Notes: generated by a model not told the origin, from the letters alone. 64,000 bases of DNA from Marine Group II euryarchaeote MED-G37 (GCA_002457555.1 NTJQ01000002.1:64122-128121); one strand, 5' to 3'. Shown: positions 9,532 through 19,161, counted from the first letter of the stretch. Numbers and translations: made by a program.

Positions 9532-10368
9532 ATGAGCGAAGACGTGCTACTGGTCGAAAATGTTCCAGTCAAGGGTTCAAGTCCAGCAGGTGGAGTGATT
9601 TCTGTTTGGACCTTAAATCGCCCAGAGAAACTCAATGCCTTGAACAAAGCATCGCATACTGCTCTCAAACAAGCCTGTGCCGAAGCGGAGTCAGACGACA
9701 ACGTCCGAGTAGTGATAATTCGTGGTGCTGCGCCTCCTTCAGCCCCTGAGGGTGAGCGTCAGAAACCAGCCGCTTTTGCTGCTGGGGCTGATATTTCCGA
9801 GTTTGCAGGAAAGAACTCCGACGACGTTAGGCCATTCTTCGAGGATAATGCATGGGAGAGGGTTTGGAATTTATCAAAACCAACTATAGCAATGGTCGAT
9901 GGATTCGCTCTTGGTGGCGGAACAGAATTGGCCCTTTCCTGTGATTTACGAATCGCTAGCACGCGTGCAAAGTTTGGAACCCCTGAGATCAATCTTGGAC
10001 TTATTCCAGGAGGAGGTGGAACTCAGCGTCTTTCAGATATATTGGGGTATGGCAAAGCAATGGAGATGGTAATGACCGGGGAAATGATAGGCTCGGAAGA
10101 GGCTCTAAGGCTAGGACTAGCCAATGATGTAGTAGAGCCTGAACAGCTTGAGTCTCGTACAATGGAAATGGCAGAAAATATAGCCAAAAAATCGCCATAC
10201 ACAATCAAGGTAGCAAAAAGAGCAGTTCGCTCTGCCCTCGATCTTGGAATTTCCGAGGGAATATTAGCTGAGAGGTCTGAATTCGTTGCACTCTTCGACA
10301 CCGAAGATAAGGAAATTGGTGTTCAGGCCTTCCTTGAGCGGAAGGATGCTGAGTGGAAAGGTTCCTAA
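9532..10368 (+). CDS. Enoyl-CoA hydratase/isomerase (crotonase) family protein
   Basis: Crotonase blocks FAAGADISEF, VDGFALGGGTELALSCDLRIA and PEINLGLIPGGGGTQRL are present. I prefer the ATG at 9532 over the track's GTG at 9514. Confidence 0.85.
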   Translation: MSEDVLLVENVPVKGSSPAGGVISVWTLNRPEKLNALNKASHTALKQACAEAESDDNVRVVIIRGAAPPSAPEGERQKPAAFAAGADISEFAGKNSDDVRPFFEDNAWERVWNLSKPTIAMVDGFALGGGTELALSCDLRIASTRAKFGTPEINLGLIPGGGGTQRLSDILGYGKAMEMVMTGEMIGSEEALRLGLANDVVEPEQLESRTMEMAENIAKKSPYTIKVAKRAVRSALDLGISEGILAERSEFVALFDTEDKEIGVQAFLERKDAEWKGS

Positions 10369-10411
10369 TGGAAAAACAGTAATTCATAATCTCTGATGAA
10401 TAGTACGGCTT

Positions 10412-10666
10412 GTGTCCATAGTTGACTATCTATTTGCTCCGAGATTAGATCGTTTTGGCTCAAAGACTCCTAGTGAGGCATCTAGAATATTTTTCTTAAT
10501 TGTCATTCTATCTGTTTCTTATTGGGCCTGGCAGGTTTCAAACGGCATAGTCTCAATTTGGTTCATGATTGTAATATTCGTTTCAACCCCAATCCTTTCA
10601 ATTGGATGGTGGGTACTTTCCTTGATTTCACAAAACCGCCCAGAGAAGGACTTATTCTCCAAATGA
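10412..10666 (+). CDS. Small hypothetical membrane protein (2 TM)
   Basis: An 84-aa ORF with a GTG start and two clear hydrophobic helices fills the gap exactly up to the convergent neighbour. Confidence 0.4.
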   Translation: MSIVDYLFAPRLDRFGSKTPSEASRIFFLIVILSVSYWAWQVSNGIVSIWFMIVIFVSTPILSIGWWVLSLISQNRPEKDLFSK

Positions 10667-11248
10667 CTACATTATTTCCAACGAAATTTCACCTATTGTA
10701 TCCTCTGATTTCGTAACATCAATCACCAACCAGCCACTATTTTTTGCCGATCTAACCATCTCCTCCTGAATCTCCCGAATTCTATCTATATGGTCTAGGT
10801 AATGTCGAACTGGTCTACCATTGTGTTTAGGTCTACCTGCAATCATTCGCACATGCTCCTCAGCATCCTCAACAGCCAAAACAACTCCACAAGCATCCCC
10901 TCCGGCGGCTCTCCATTCATCGATTATAGCAAAATTTGGTACGAAATGTACTCCTTCCATCAATAGGTCTCCTCCCCTCTTAATTTCACGGCTAACTATC
11001 GCTTGTATTGCACTATTAAGGGGGGTAACGGTATCTTTCCAATCCTCGATAGTATTCGATTGTCCCGGCTGAAATGAAGATCTATGCAAAGCAGGCATTT
11101 CTTCTATAGGAATTTGGGTTCTCAAAGTCTCTCGAATAGTGTCCGTTGATACAACTTTGTCGAATTCTAGAGAGGCGGCAATCCTAGCGGTAAGCGTTGA
11201 CTTCCCGACACCACTTGCACCGGTTATGACCAGCAACCTGCCGACCAT
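10667..11248 (-). CDS. P-loop kinase, 2-phosphoglycerate kinase-like (COG2074-like)
   Basis: Walker A ITGASGVGKSTL is followed by VVSTDTIRETLR, which is characteristic of the 2-PGK-like family as I recall it. Confidence 0.5.
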   Translation of the reverse strand: MVGRLLVITGASGVGKSTLTARIAASLEFDKVVSTDTIRETLRTQIPIEEMPALHRSSFQPGQSNTIEDWKDTVTPLNSAIQAIVSREIKRGGDLLMEGVHFVPNFAIIDEWRAAGGDACGVVLAVEDAEEHVRMIAGRPKHNGRPVRHYLDHIDRIREIQEEMVRSAKNSGWLVIDVTKSEDTIGEISLEIM

Positions 11249-11258
11249 TTGTACACCC

Positions 11259-12677
11259 CTAACGCTGGATAGCCTTCACTTCAAGGAATTCTTCTAACCC
11301 TTGAATTCCGAGTTCACGACCGTTACCAGATAGTTTGTAACCGCCAAATGGAGCACTGATATTGAATGCGCCACCATTGATACTCACCTGTCCAGTTCTC
11401 ATTTTCCGGGCAAATTGCAAAGCTCTATCTTCATCGCCAGACCAGACGCCTCCAGACAAACCATATTCTGAATCGTTAGCTAAGAAAATTGCTTCTTCCT
11501 CTGAATCGTAAGTCGTTATCGAGAGTACAGGGCCAAAAATTTCCTCACGGAAAATGGTCATTTCCGAAGATACGTCCGCAAACACGGTTGGCTTGACGTA
11601 ATATCCTGAATCAAGCCCTTCTGGCAGTCCTTCACCTCCAGCAACAAGTGTTGCTCCCTCCAAAATTCCTGAGGATATGTAGCCGGCGACTGATTCTTGT
11701 TGTCGCGCTGAAACCATCGGACCGCACCGTGTCGATTCATCCATCGGATCTCCTACTGAATAACGAGCCATTGTTGCAGCGATTACCTCAACCACTTCAT
11801 CACGTGCAGTTGCTGGAACTATTAGCCGACTTAGGCTGGAACATTCCTGACCTGAATTGTTGAAGCAAGCGTAAACAGCCATTTTGGCAGCCTTTGCAAT
11901 GTCGGCATCATCGAGGATTACATTTGCACTCTTTCCGCCCAATTCCAGAGTTACTCGCTTAACAGTCGGGGCTGCGGCTTGTGAGACACTTACACCAGCA
12001 CCGGTTGAACCGGTGAAACTGACCATGTCTACTTCTGGATGTGAAGAAAGAGTCTCGCCGATTTCTCGCCCATGCCCCGAGACGAGATTGAAAACACCAG
12101 AGGGAAGACCGATTCCATCGATGACATCTGCTAGAATAAATGCGTTTAATGGAGCCTCTTTTGAGGGTTTGAGAACCATTGTACAGCCTGCAGCCAGTGC
12201 AGGGGCTACCTTACCGATGATTTGGTGAAGAGGAAAATTCCAGGGGGTAATCATACCCACCACTCCTATTGGTTCTTTGACAATCAATGAGTTGCGGACT
12301 TCTTCTTCCCACTCAAAGGAATCGAGCATCTTTGCGTAAGATCGTGATACAACTCTTGGAGTTCCAACCATCGCCATGCGGCTGTAATTGATTGGTGTTC
12401 CAACCTCTGCGGTAATTAATTCGGCGATTTCTTCTCCTCGCTCAGCGATTGCTGCTGAAATCGCATTGAGGTAGCCTTGACGTTCCTCAACACTCGATTG
12501 TGACCAAGAGGGGAATGCAGCACGTGCAGCCTCTACGGCGGTATCAACATCGCTAGCACTTCCAACAGGCACCGAACCGATGCATTGCTCAGTTGCAGGA
12601 TTGACTATCTCAATATTGCCTTCTCCACTTGCAGGAACCCACTTTCCGTCGATGTATATGTTCTCGCGCGCGTGCAT
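11259..12677 (-). CDS. NAD(P)-dependent aldehyde dehydrogenase
   Basis: ALDH blocks are present: ITPWNFP, VLKPSKEAP, ELGGKSANVI (catalytic Glu region), FNNSGQECSS (catalytic Cys) and EEIFGPVL. I chose the start at MHARENIYIDGKW, because the longer track ORF would overlap the divergent gene. Confidence 0.85.
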   Translation of the reverse strand: MHARENIYIDGKWVPASGEGNIEIVNPATEQCIGSVPVGSASDVDTAVEAARAAFPSWSQSSVEERQGYLNAISAAIAERGEEIAELITAEVGTPINYSRMAMVGTPRVVSRSYAKMLDSFEWEEEVRNSLIVKEPIGVVGMITPWNFPLHQIIGKVAPALAAGCTMVLKPSKEAPLNAFILADVIDGIGLPSGVFNLVSGHGREIGETLSSHPEVDMVSFTGSTGAGVSVSQAAAPTVKRVTLELGGKSANVILDDADIAKAAKMAVYACFNNSGQECSSLSRLIVPATARDEVVEVIAATMARYSVGDPMDESTRCGPMVSARQQESVAGYISSGILEGATLVAGGEGLPEGLDSGYYVKPTVFADVSSEMTIFREEIFGPVLSITTYDSEEEAIFLANDSEYGLSGGVWSGDEDRALQFARKMRTGQVSINGGAFNISAPFGGYKLSGNGRELGIQGLEEFLEVKAIQR

Positions 12678-12746
12678 GTAGTGGGGCGGAACGGCGCGAC
12701 TTATCACATTCATGCAGTTCAAAAGTAGAGGCGACATCGCCCCATC

Positions 12747-13547
12747 ATGGGAATTGTAGTGGAACGCCATGATGGTGGGGTCGCCGTTGTGACCCTTTCA
12801 GAAGAGGCTGCTAGGAATGCCTTATCCCGAACTTCAATACATAAAATCTCTACAATTATGGGAGATTTACTAGACGATTCTTCCTGTAAGGCAATAGTAC
12901 TGACTGGCTCAGGTCGATTTTTTTGCACAGGAGCGGATATTGACGAGTTTGCGGACTCAATTGACGATGGCTCAGTTGGAAATCTCGTTGACGAATTAAC
13001 CAGTGTTTTACACCCACTTGAATTACGCTTACGACGTAGTCCAACTGTATTCATCGCAGCAATCAACGGTTCGGCGGCCGGCGGCGGATTTGGTCTCGCG
13101 CTTTGCGCCGATTATCGCCTATGTATTCCAGAAGCAAGACTTGCAGCAGCCTTCTTCTCACTAGGACTTTCACCAGATGGAGGCTCGACATGGCTTCTTC
13201 CACGCTTGGTTGGATATCAAAGGGCTCGCCGATTTTTCTTCGATAACGAAGTTTGGACAGGCGAGCAGGCACTTGAATATGGAGCAGTAGATGAATTAGT
13301 TAACTCTGAAATCCTCCTAGAGAGAGGCATTGAGATCGCAACAAAATGGGGTTCTTGGGCAGAGGCAAGTAAACAAGGCACTAAGCAATTACTAGACGCT
13401 TCATCGACAACCTTCATGGAGACCCAGCTTGAATTTGAAAAGGCCCTGATTACGGCCGCTTCTTTGACTCCAGATTTTGCAGAAGGGGTATCTGCTTTCT
13501 TAGAGAAAAGAGAACCCAAGTTTGGGGCTTCATCAGAAGAGGAATGA
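12747..13547 (+). CDS. Enoyl-CoA hydratase/isomerase family protein
   Basis: Crotonase blocks FCTGADIDEF and INGSAAGGGFGLALCADYRL are present. Length is 266 aa. Confidence 0.8.
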   Translation: MGIVVERHDGGVAVVTLSEEAARNALSRTSIHKISTIMGDLLDDSSCKAIVLTGSGRFFCTGADIDEFADSIDDGSVGNLVDELTSVLHPLELRLRRSPTVFIAAINGSAAGGGFGLALCADYRLCIPEARLAAAFFSLGLSPDGGSTWLLPRLVGYQRARRFFFDNEVWTGEQALEYGAVDELVNSEILLERGIEIATKWGSWAEASKQGTKQLLDASSTTFMETQLEFEKALITAASLTPDFAEGVSAFLEKREPKFGASSEEE

Positions 13548-13548
13548 A

Positions 13549-13827
13549 TCAATCTCCACGTCTTAATTTCAAGACACCTACAATTATCGCAATAATACAG
13601 GACAGAGCAGCAATATTTGCTAGAGTCATTGCTACTGAGCCAATTACAATTCCATAAACCAACCATAAGATAAGTGAAGTTGAAACCAGAGTGAAGGTTG
13701 GTAGTGAAATCCCTTCGTGTTTCTTTTCAGACCATACTTTTTGGATTTGAGGCACCCACGCAATTACACCTAGAAGTCCTGCAAATATTCCGATTATTTC
13801 AACCCAGAATGGAATCAGATCATCCAC
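13549..13827 (-). CDS. PQ-loop / SemiSWEET-type small transporter
   Basis: The protein is 92 aa with three TM helices and the PQ motif AWVPQIQKVW after TM1. Confidence 0.65.
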   Translation of the reverse strand: MDDLIPFWVEIIGIFAGLLGVIAWVPQIQKVWSEKKHEGISLPTFTLVSTSLILWLVYGIVIGSVAMTLANIAALSCIIAIIVGVLKLRRGD

Positions 13828-13837
13828 TCCTCATCAA

Positions 13838-14728
13838 TCACAATGGAAGATCTTCTCTATCAGACTTTTCTCCAGAAGTCCAATCGTAAATTCCTTTCCC
13901 ACTTTTTTTGCCAAGACTTCCTTCTTCAACCAGGGAGTCAAGTAATCCATGAGGACGATATGAATCGTCGTCAAATGCTTCTGCCAAACTATTGAGAATA
14001 TCCCGTCTTACATCTAAACCGACCAGGTCGGAGAGTTCCAAAGGTCCCATAGGGTGCCTGTAACCTAGCCGCATTGCAGTATCGATATCACTAGCAGAAG
14101 CCACTCCCTCGGCAAGCATCTTAACTGCTTCATTTCCGAGAACCACCCCCAATCTACTGGTTGCGAATCCAGGTACGTCATTGACAAGAATAGTTTCTTT
14201 CCCCATTGCAGAACCGATTGATTGCGCCGCTAAAATGCTGTCTGTAGAACAAGATTTATGACGAACAATTTCGAGCAGTTTCATTATTGGGACTGGATTG
14301 AAAAAATGCATTCCAATTACTCTTTCTGGACAATTAGTCGTCTCTGCGATAGCAGAAATTGGTAGACCCGAGGTATTGGTCGCCAACAAAGAGTGAGATG
14401 GTGCCATCTGCTCTAATTGAGCGAAGATTTGCTGTTTCAATTCCATTTTTTCTGGCACTGCCTCAATAACTAAATCAACACCTTTGACCGCCTCGCGTAA
14501 GTCAGTATATTGACTGATGTTAGCCAACCATTTTACTTTCTCTTGTTGTGTGGTTTTTCCTCGAGCGATTCCTTTTTCCCAGAAACTATCGATCGTGTCC
14601 ATCCCCTTTTCGAGACCTTCGGAAAATGCGTCATAGAGTCTGGTTTCCCAACCTGTTTGGGCGCAAACTTGAGCTATTCCTGCACCCATCGTACCGGCGC
14701 CGATTACGGCGACGGTACGAATGTCCAT
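13838..14728 (-). CDS. 3-hydroxyacyl-CoA (3-hydroxybutyryl-CoA) dehydrogenase
   Basis: A Rossmann motif VAVIGAGTMGAGIA is present, with the blocks NTSGLPI, HFFNPVP, and C-terminal LGYRHPMGP/ELSDLVGLD. The ATG at 14728 lies 4 nt after the upstream stop. Confidence 0.85.
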   Translation of the reverse strand: MDIRTVAVIGAGTMGAGIAQVCAQTGWETRLYDAFSEGLEKGMDTIDSFWEKGIARGKTTQQEKVKWLANISQYTDLREAVKGVDLVIEAVPEKMELKQQIFAQLEQMAPSHSLLATNTSGLPISAIAETTNCPERVIGMHFFNPVPIMKLLEIVRHKSCSTDSILAAQSIGSAMGKETILVNDVPGFATSRLGVVLGNEAVKMLAEGVASASDIDTAMRLGYRHPMGPLELSDLVGLDVRRDILNSLAEAFDDDSYRPHGLLDSLVEEGSLGKKSGKGIYDWTSGEKSDREDLPL

Positions 14729-14732
14729 TGTT

Positions 14733-15293
14733 TCACTCCCTACCATAAGCTGCAAGGGCTGCTTGGAATAGCCGCTGTCGCGGCACATCATGCTCCAGGA
14801 AGCAGGTGAATGGTGCTACGTCTTTCAGCAGTTCTATTGCTGAGACATAGGCGCCGTAAATGAATGGGTCAGCGACTTCTGTCGCTGGAATATTAATCCC
14901 CAATTTCACCAAACCTTTGCGAGTATCCTCATCCCAAATTGCATAGGTATGTTGGGTAAAGTGTAGGTATGCTGAGAGTCTGCGAATATCCGATCTAGCC
15001 TTTTCTGTGAAGGAGTCGATAAGTAGAGTGTCAGGATAGCGAATAGCATACATTGCTAATTTCACTTCTCTAGCAGTTTCTTCTCTCCAATCCCGCTTGT
15101 CTAACCCCATCCAAGAATCCACCATATCGAGCATGTCGTTGCCATATGGTCTGTAAACACGATAAAGTAATTCCTCGTATCCCTCAGGGTCTTGTTCCGA
15201 AGAGTGGTGATGTTCATGGAATAGCTCTGTAAGTCTGTCAAAGAATGGCTTACAGCGTTCCTTATCGAAGGCAAGTAGCGCTAGATGTTGCAT
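14733..15293 (-). CDS. Hypothetical protein translationally coupled to the BoxB-like oxygenase
   Basis: The ATG at 15293 is 2 nt downstream of the BoxB-like stop (15296-15298). The protein is helical and His/acid-rich (FHEHHHSSEQD). I recognise no family. Confidence 0.55.
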   Translation of the reverse strand: MQHLALLAFDKERCKPFFDRLTELFHEHHHSSEQDPEGYEELLYRVYRPYGNDMLDMVDSWMGLDKRDWREETAREVKLAMYAIRYPDTLLIDSFTEKARSDIRRLSAYLHFTQHTYAIWDEDTRKGLVKLGINIPATEVADPFIYGAYVSAIELLKDVAPFTCFLEHDVPRQRLFQAALAAYGRE

Positions 15294-15295
15294 CT

Positions 15296-16438
15296 TCAGT
15301 CGCCCTTCCACTCGCGGTATTGGATCCAATCTTGTTGCATGTATTCATTCATTAGACGGTCTTCGTCTTCATCAGTCGGTAGCACATTTACAAGGTAAGC
15401 ATCCCAATCAGCATCGCTGCCTTCGAATTTTTCACCTTCCAGAGTGTATTTATTTCCTGCATATTTTCCAATTCCACGGTTGAATTTATCTGATGGAATT
15501 GTCAACTCCGGCTCACCATCTTTTCGGGCCTTTGAAATACGTCGCATTTCATCTCTCAATTCTTGGAAGTAGAGTTCTCTGCTAGCCTCGTTCAGATGAC
15601 CTCTCTTGGCTTCTTCTTCCGATTCTCTTTCGTCGTAGCGACCCTTTATTCCGTATACATAGGCCCACTGAGCGCTGCTGGAATCATCAGTTCCAAACAG
15701 GTCCAAACCTGTACTGACCCACTTGTTGAGGTATTTCTGTAGTAGTGCACATGGTATTACTCCTTGCTTGACAATCCTTCGTAGTCCATTGGCCCCTGTC
15801 CCAAGGTGAAATGATTCCTCCTTCAGCATAGGACCCATAGATGCGGCCAATGGTTGGAAAGAAGAAGTGCTGAGCATCTTCAATTGGTACTTTCCGTCAC
15901 GATCGATAAAGTGGGTGAAGCAGAAGAAATCGAGCCAATGATCGATAGGTGCATTGAATGAACCCAGTATTCTAGTTCCTTCTTGAGCATTACGTTCGAG
16001 TAACTTTGCAGCCTCCCTTACACCATGTTCTCCAAAGTAAGTGCAGAGGAGATATGCCATTTGCCATCCATGCCTCTGCTCTTCGCACATGATTCTCAGA
16101 GCAGACTTTTTGTCATACTCAGTCGGTGCTGTTTCTAACAGGTGATTTTGTTGTTCCACACTAGCAAACTCGGTGTCTCCTTGAACACTGACCATGGAAA
16201 TGATCGCATCTCTGATGTTTTGTTGAGGGATTTGCATTCTCCTTTCCCACTTTGGCATTCCTTCAAAATCTCCAAATTCGATGCTTTGTCCTGCGGTGTC
16301 CCAATCGAATTTGATATCGAATCTGTAATCCCCCAACCACGATGGGTCGAAGCCAATTCGAGTCTGCCATTCTTGGAAATCGCTAATCCAGGCTTCAAAA
16401 TTTGGAGAGTAGTCCTGAACAATCTCTGTCTCGCTCAT
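15296..16438 (-). CDS. BoxB-like diiron acyl-CoA oxygenase/epoxidase (PaaA/BoxB ferritin-like family)
   Basis: Two EXXH boxes (CEEQRHGW, KEESFHLG) are present, plus upstream GDTE and IDRDG acidic ligand candidates. The blocks VQGDTEFASVEQQNHL, FIDRDGKYQL and LQKYLNKW resemble the Azoarcus BoxB sequence as I remember it. I prefer the ATG at 16438 over the track's TTG at 16468. Confidence 0.65.
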   Translation of the reverse strand: MSETEIVQDYSPNFEAWISDFQEWQTRIGFDPSWLGDYRFDIKFDWDTAGQSIEFGDFEGMPKWERRMQIPQQNIRDAIISMVSVQGDTEFASVEQQNHLLETAPTEYDKKSALRIMCEEQRHGWQMAYLLCTYFGEHGVREAAKLLERNAQEGTRILGSFNAPIDHWLDFFCFTHFIDRDGKYQLKMLSTSSFQPLAASMGPMLKEESFHLGTGANGLRRIVKQGVIPCALLQKYLNKWVSTGLDLFGTDDSSSAQWAYVYGIKGRYDERESEEEAKRGHLNEASRELYFQELRDEMRRISKARKDGEPELTIPSDKFNRGIGKYAGNKYTLEGEKFEGSDADWDAYLVNVLPTDEDEDRLMNEYMQQDWIQYREWKGD

Positions 16439-16511
16439 GCTTGAAGCCAAAAGTATCCTGTATATCAATGACTGCTTCTAAGACGTAGTCTTAGTTCGGC
16501 GGTAAACAAAA

Positions 16512-17369
16512 TCACTTTCCTTCAAAGCGAGGAGTTCGGCGGTCTACATAAGCCGCGATTCCCTCTTTTGCATCTTCACTGTTGAAGAGGGCTGCTTGCA
16601 GCTCTCTCTCAAGCGCGAGATGGTACTCAAACGGCATTTCAGGTCCGGATTGAACCGAGCGCTTGATGTTTCCAACAGCCAAGGTGGCCTTGTATGGTAG
16701 AGTAAACTGTCCTGAGTAGTCTAGGATATCTTGGCGAAATTCGTCAAGAGAACCATCCCAAACATCGTTGATGAGATCCATTTCCTTAGCCTTCTCAAAT
16801 GCCATCAATTCCCCACTGACCATGTATTCAAGAGCTCTTGATTTACCTATGATTCGTGATAGTCTAGCTGTACCTCCAGTACCTGCTAGAACACCGAGAT
16901 TGATTTCAGGAAGTCCACACTTTCCACTATCCTTTCTTGCGATTCTAATGTCGCAAGCCATTGCAATCTCTAATCCTCCACCAACTGCGTGCCCATTTAT
17001 AGCACAAATTACCAATTTTGGAGTCTGTTCAAGCCGGCTTAGAGTTTCATTTGCATGAAGGCAGAAATTGTACTTGAATCCAGGAGTAACTGAGTTTAGC
17101 ATCTGAATTGATGCTCCGGCCGAGAAGAACTTGTGCCCATTACCGGTGATTAGAATCACGCTAACATCATCATTGAATCGGGCCTTTACGACGGCGGTGT
17201 CGATATCTCTCATCATTTCATGAGTGTAGGTGTTCGGTCCTACCTCGTCTCCTTCTATGGGAGCACCAGCGGAGTTCGACGCAAGTTCGATGATTGCGAT
17301 ACCGTTGTCAGTTACTCCGTAGTTCACTAGGCGGTTGGGCATTGGCTCTAGGTCTGGCCATGACGTCAT
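16512..17369 (-). CDS. Enoyl-CoA hydratase/isomerase family protein
   Basis: Crotonase blocks FFSAGASIQML, INGHAVGGGLEIAMACDIRIA and PEINLGVLAGTGGTARL are present. The start is trimmed to the ATG at 17369, because the track ORF would overlap the upstream gene by about 150 nt. Confidence 0.85.
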   Translation of the reverse strand: MTSWPDLEPMPNRLVNYGVTDNGIAIIELASNSAGAPIEGDEVGPNTYTHEMMRDIDTAVVKARFNDDVSVILITGNGHKFFSAGASIQMLNSVTPGFKYNFCLHANETLSRLEQTPKLVICAINGHAVGGGLEIAMACDIRIARKDSGKCGLPEINLGVLAGTGGTARLSRIIGKSRALEYMVSGELMAFEKAKEMDLINDVWDGSLDEFRQDILDYSGQFTLPYKATLAVGNIKRSVQSGPEMPFEYHLALERELQAALFNSEDAKEGIAAYVDRRTPRFEGK

Positions 17370-17433
17370 AACTTGCCGACCGAAGGTCGAGATATGAATC
17401 AAACGGCTGAATGGCAGTGGTGAAAATTCACGC

Positions 17434-18657
17434 TTAATCCTCAGATTCGTTGAATGAAATGGCGCCCCCGCCTCTTTGAATTTCCTTCCATTGTCGACCG
17501 ATTTCTTCAGCCCGAACACTAGGTTCCCAAACATCTCGAGAGAGAGATTTTCTGAACGGCATTCTTGATACTGTTCTGCCATCATCCATCCTTTTTCTTC
17601 TCAACATCCCTAGGCGAACAATAGGCCAAAGTGCTCTTCTGAGAATTCCTGGTTGGTAAACCCACTTCATGAATTCTAGGCCGTCTCCCTTTCGGGCTTG
17701 ATGCCGCATCCAGTAACTTGTAACCATCTTGAATCCTCTATCGCCCAAACGATTCATCAAGAACCGATTTATTGCGCTCACCTTGATCAATGGTACTAGG
17801 TGATTACGAACTTTTTTCTCATAGTCATTTTGACCCATTATGGAGTGTGCAGCGTATACTCCACTGGTGATGGCGTAGCGCATACCGAAGCCCCACATGA
17901 AGTCCTGTAAACCACCGGCTTCACCAACGTAATGGCGCCCATCGTGAATGTAACGATCGGGAATAGAAAAGTCACCTTTACCCCCCACTCTCTTGATTGG
18001 TTTCCTATTCAATTCGTAATGCTCCTCATACCAAGCGATGGTTTCGTTCAGATACCTACCAGACTTCTTTTGTTTTCTCCAAAGACAGGTGCAAATTAAC
18101 CCAATTCCATCTATGATAATCAGGTAAGAATATGCCCCAGGTGCTAACTTGTCGTTAAGTTGGAATGCGACGATATTTTCATGGTCAGTATGGAAAATTT
18201 CTCCAAAGGCAACTGCGCTTGAATCCTTAGGTCCGGCCGCTATAATCTGACACTTGTCCGGTTCTTTTCTTGTACCATAGTGGATAGTTGCCCCTGCATC
18301 AAGTGCCATTCTCTTGAATCCTTGATCAATACAATGTTCATCAGTTCCTCTTTCTACAACTCTGAACGCAACTCCGTCAGTAATTGGATTAGTTATTTCA
18401 TCGTCTGGATGAATTAGATCCACGATACTGAATGCATCAGATTTGAACTCGTCAGGATCTAACCCCCATTGACGCATTTTCTCAAAAAAATCGACATCGC
18501 TTGTCCAGTTCTCAATGCCTTGAAAATCTCCATCAAATCTAGCACCAGAGTCTTTACGAACCTCATGTACGTGAACATCATAACCATTGCGCGCAAGTAT
18601 AGTAGCAGCCGAGAGTCCCGAAAGGCCCGCTCCTAGAATGTCCACGCGTTCAGACAT
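17434..18657 (-). CDS. FAD-dependent oxidoreductase (geranylgeranyl-reductase / FixC-like flavoprotein)
   Basis: The N-terminal dinucleotide-binding motif is VDILGAGLSGLSAATILARNGYDVHVHE. Length is about 400 aa, with a basic C-terminal extension. Confidence 0.7.
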   Translation of the reverse strand: MSERVDILGAGLSGLSAATILARNGYDVHVHEVRKDSGARFDGDFQGIENWTSDVDFFEKMRQWGLDPDEFKSDAFSIVDLIHPDDEITNPITDGVAFRVVERGTDEHCIDQGFKRMALDAGATIHYGTRKEPDKCQIIAAGPKDSSAVAFGEIFHTDHENIVAFQLNDKLAPGAYSYLIIIDGIGLICTCLWRKQKKSGRYLNETIAWYEEHYELNRKPIKRVGGKGDFSIPDRYIHDGRHYVGEAGGLQDFMWGFGMRYAITSGVYAAHSIMGQNDYEKKVRNHLVPLIKVSAINRFLMNRLGDRGFKMVTSYWMRHQARKGDGLEFMKWVYQPGILRRALWPIVRLGMLRRKRMDDGRTVSRMPFRKSLSRDVWEPSVRAEEIGRQWKEIQRGGGAISFNESED

Positions 18658-18720
18658 AATCTACCCACTCAGATGCCGTGTTTTGAATGGTTCCTCGCTA
18701 AGTCGAGGCATTGAAGCACT

Positions 18721-19161
18721 ATGGGTGTATGGCAATGTATGGCCCGGGTGGTGGTGCGAGTGGAAGAGGGTACTATCAATCCTGAAGCACTCCGCGATCA
18801 AATTGACACCGAAGGTTGCGGAAGCGTAGTTACATTTGTTGGATTAACTAGGGGGATGGAAGACGGAGTAGAAGTTGAAAAATTAGAATTCGACGCTTGG
18901 GAAGAGATGCTTCCCTCCGTTCTCCAACGACTTGGACTGGAGGCTGTGGAAAAATTCTCAATTCATTCTGTGGTGATGGCTCACCGGACCGGAGTTGTAC
19001 ACCCACAGGAACCGATAGTTTGCATTCACGTCGGTAGTCCTCATCGTACAGAAGGATTCGAAGCTTGCTCATGGCTGATTTCAGAGTTGAAATCACAAGC
19101 ACCTCTTTGGAAAAAAGAGGTCCGTGCCGACGGTGAAATTTGGAAGTCTGGACTCGGCTAG
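18721..19161 (+). CDS. moaE: Molybdopterin synthase catalytic subunit MoaE
   Basis: The blocks GSVVTFVGLTR, AHRTGVV..EPIV, HR..F.A and PLWKKE match the family. Confidence 0.8.
   Translation: MGVWQCMARVVVRVEEGTINPEALRDQIDTEGCGSVVTFVGLTRGMEDGVEVEKLEFDAWEEMLPSVLQRLGLEAVEKFSIHSVVMAHRTGVVHPQEPIVCIHVGSPHRTEGFEACSWLISELKSQAPLWKKEVRADGEIWKSGLG

Noticed and set aside
17370-17585. N-terminal extensions proposed by the ORF track (also 38666-38701, 45115-45225, 56417-56512, 31096-31173, 20721-20756, 49595-49675)
   Set aside because: These extensions overlap neighbouring genes or begin at TTG/GTG. Internal ATGs lie at the positions where family-conserved N-termini begin, so I trimmed the starts accordingly.
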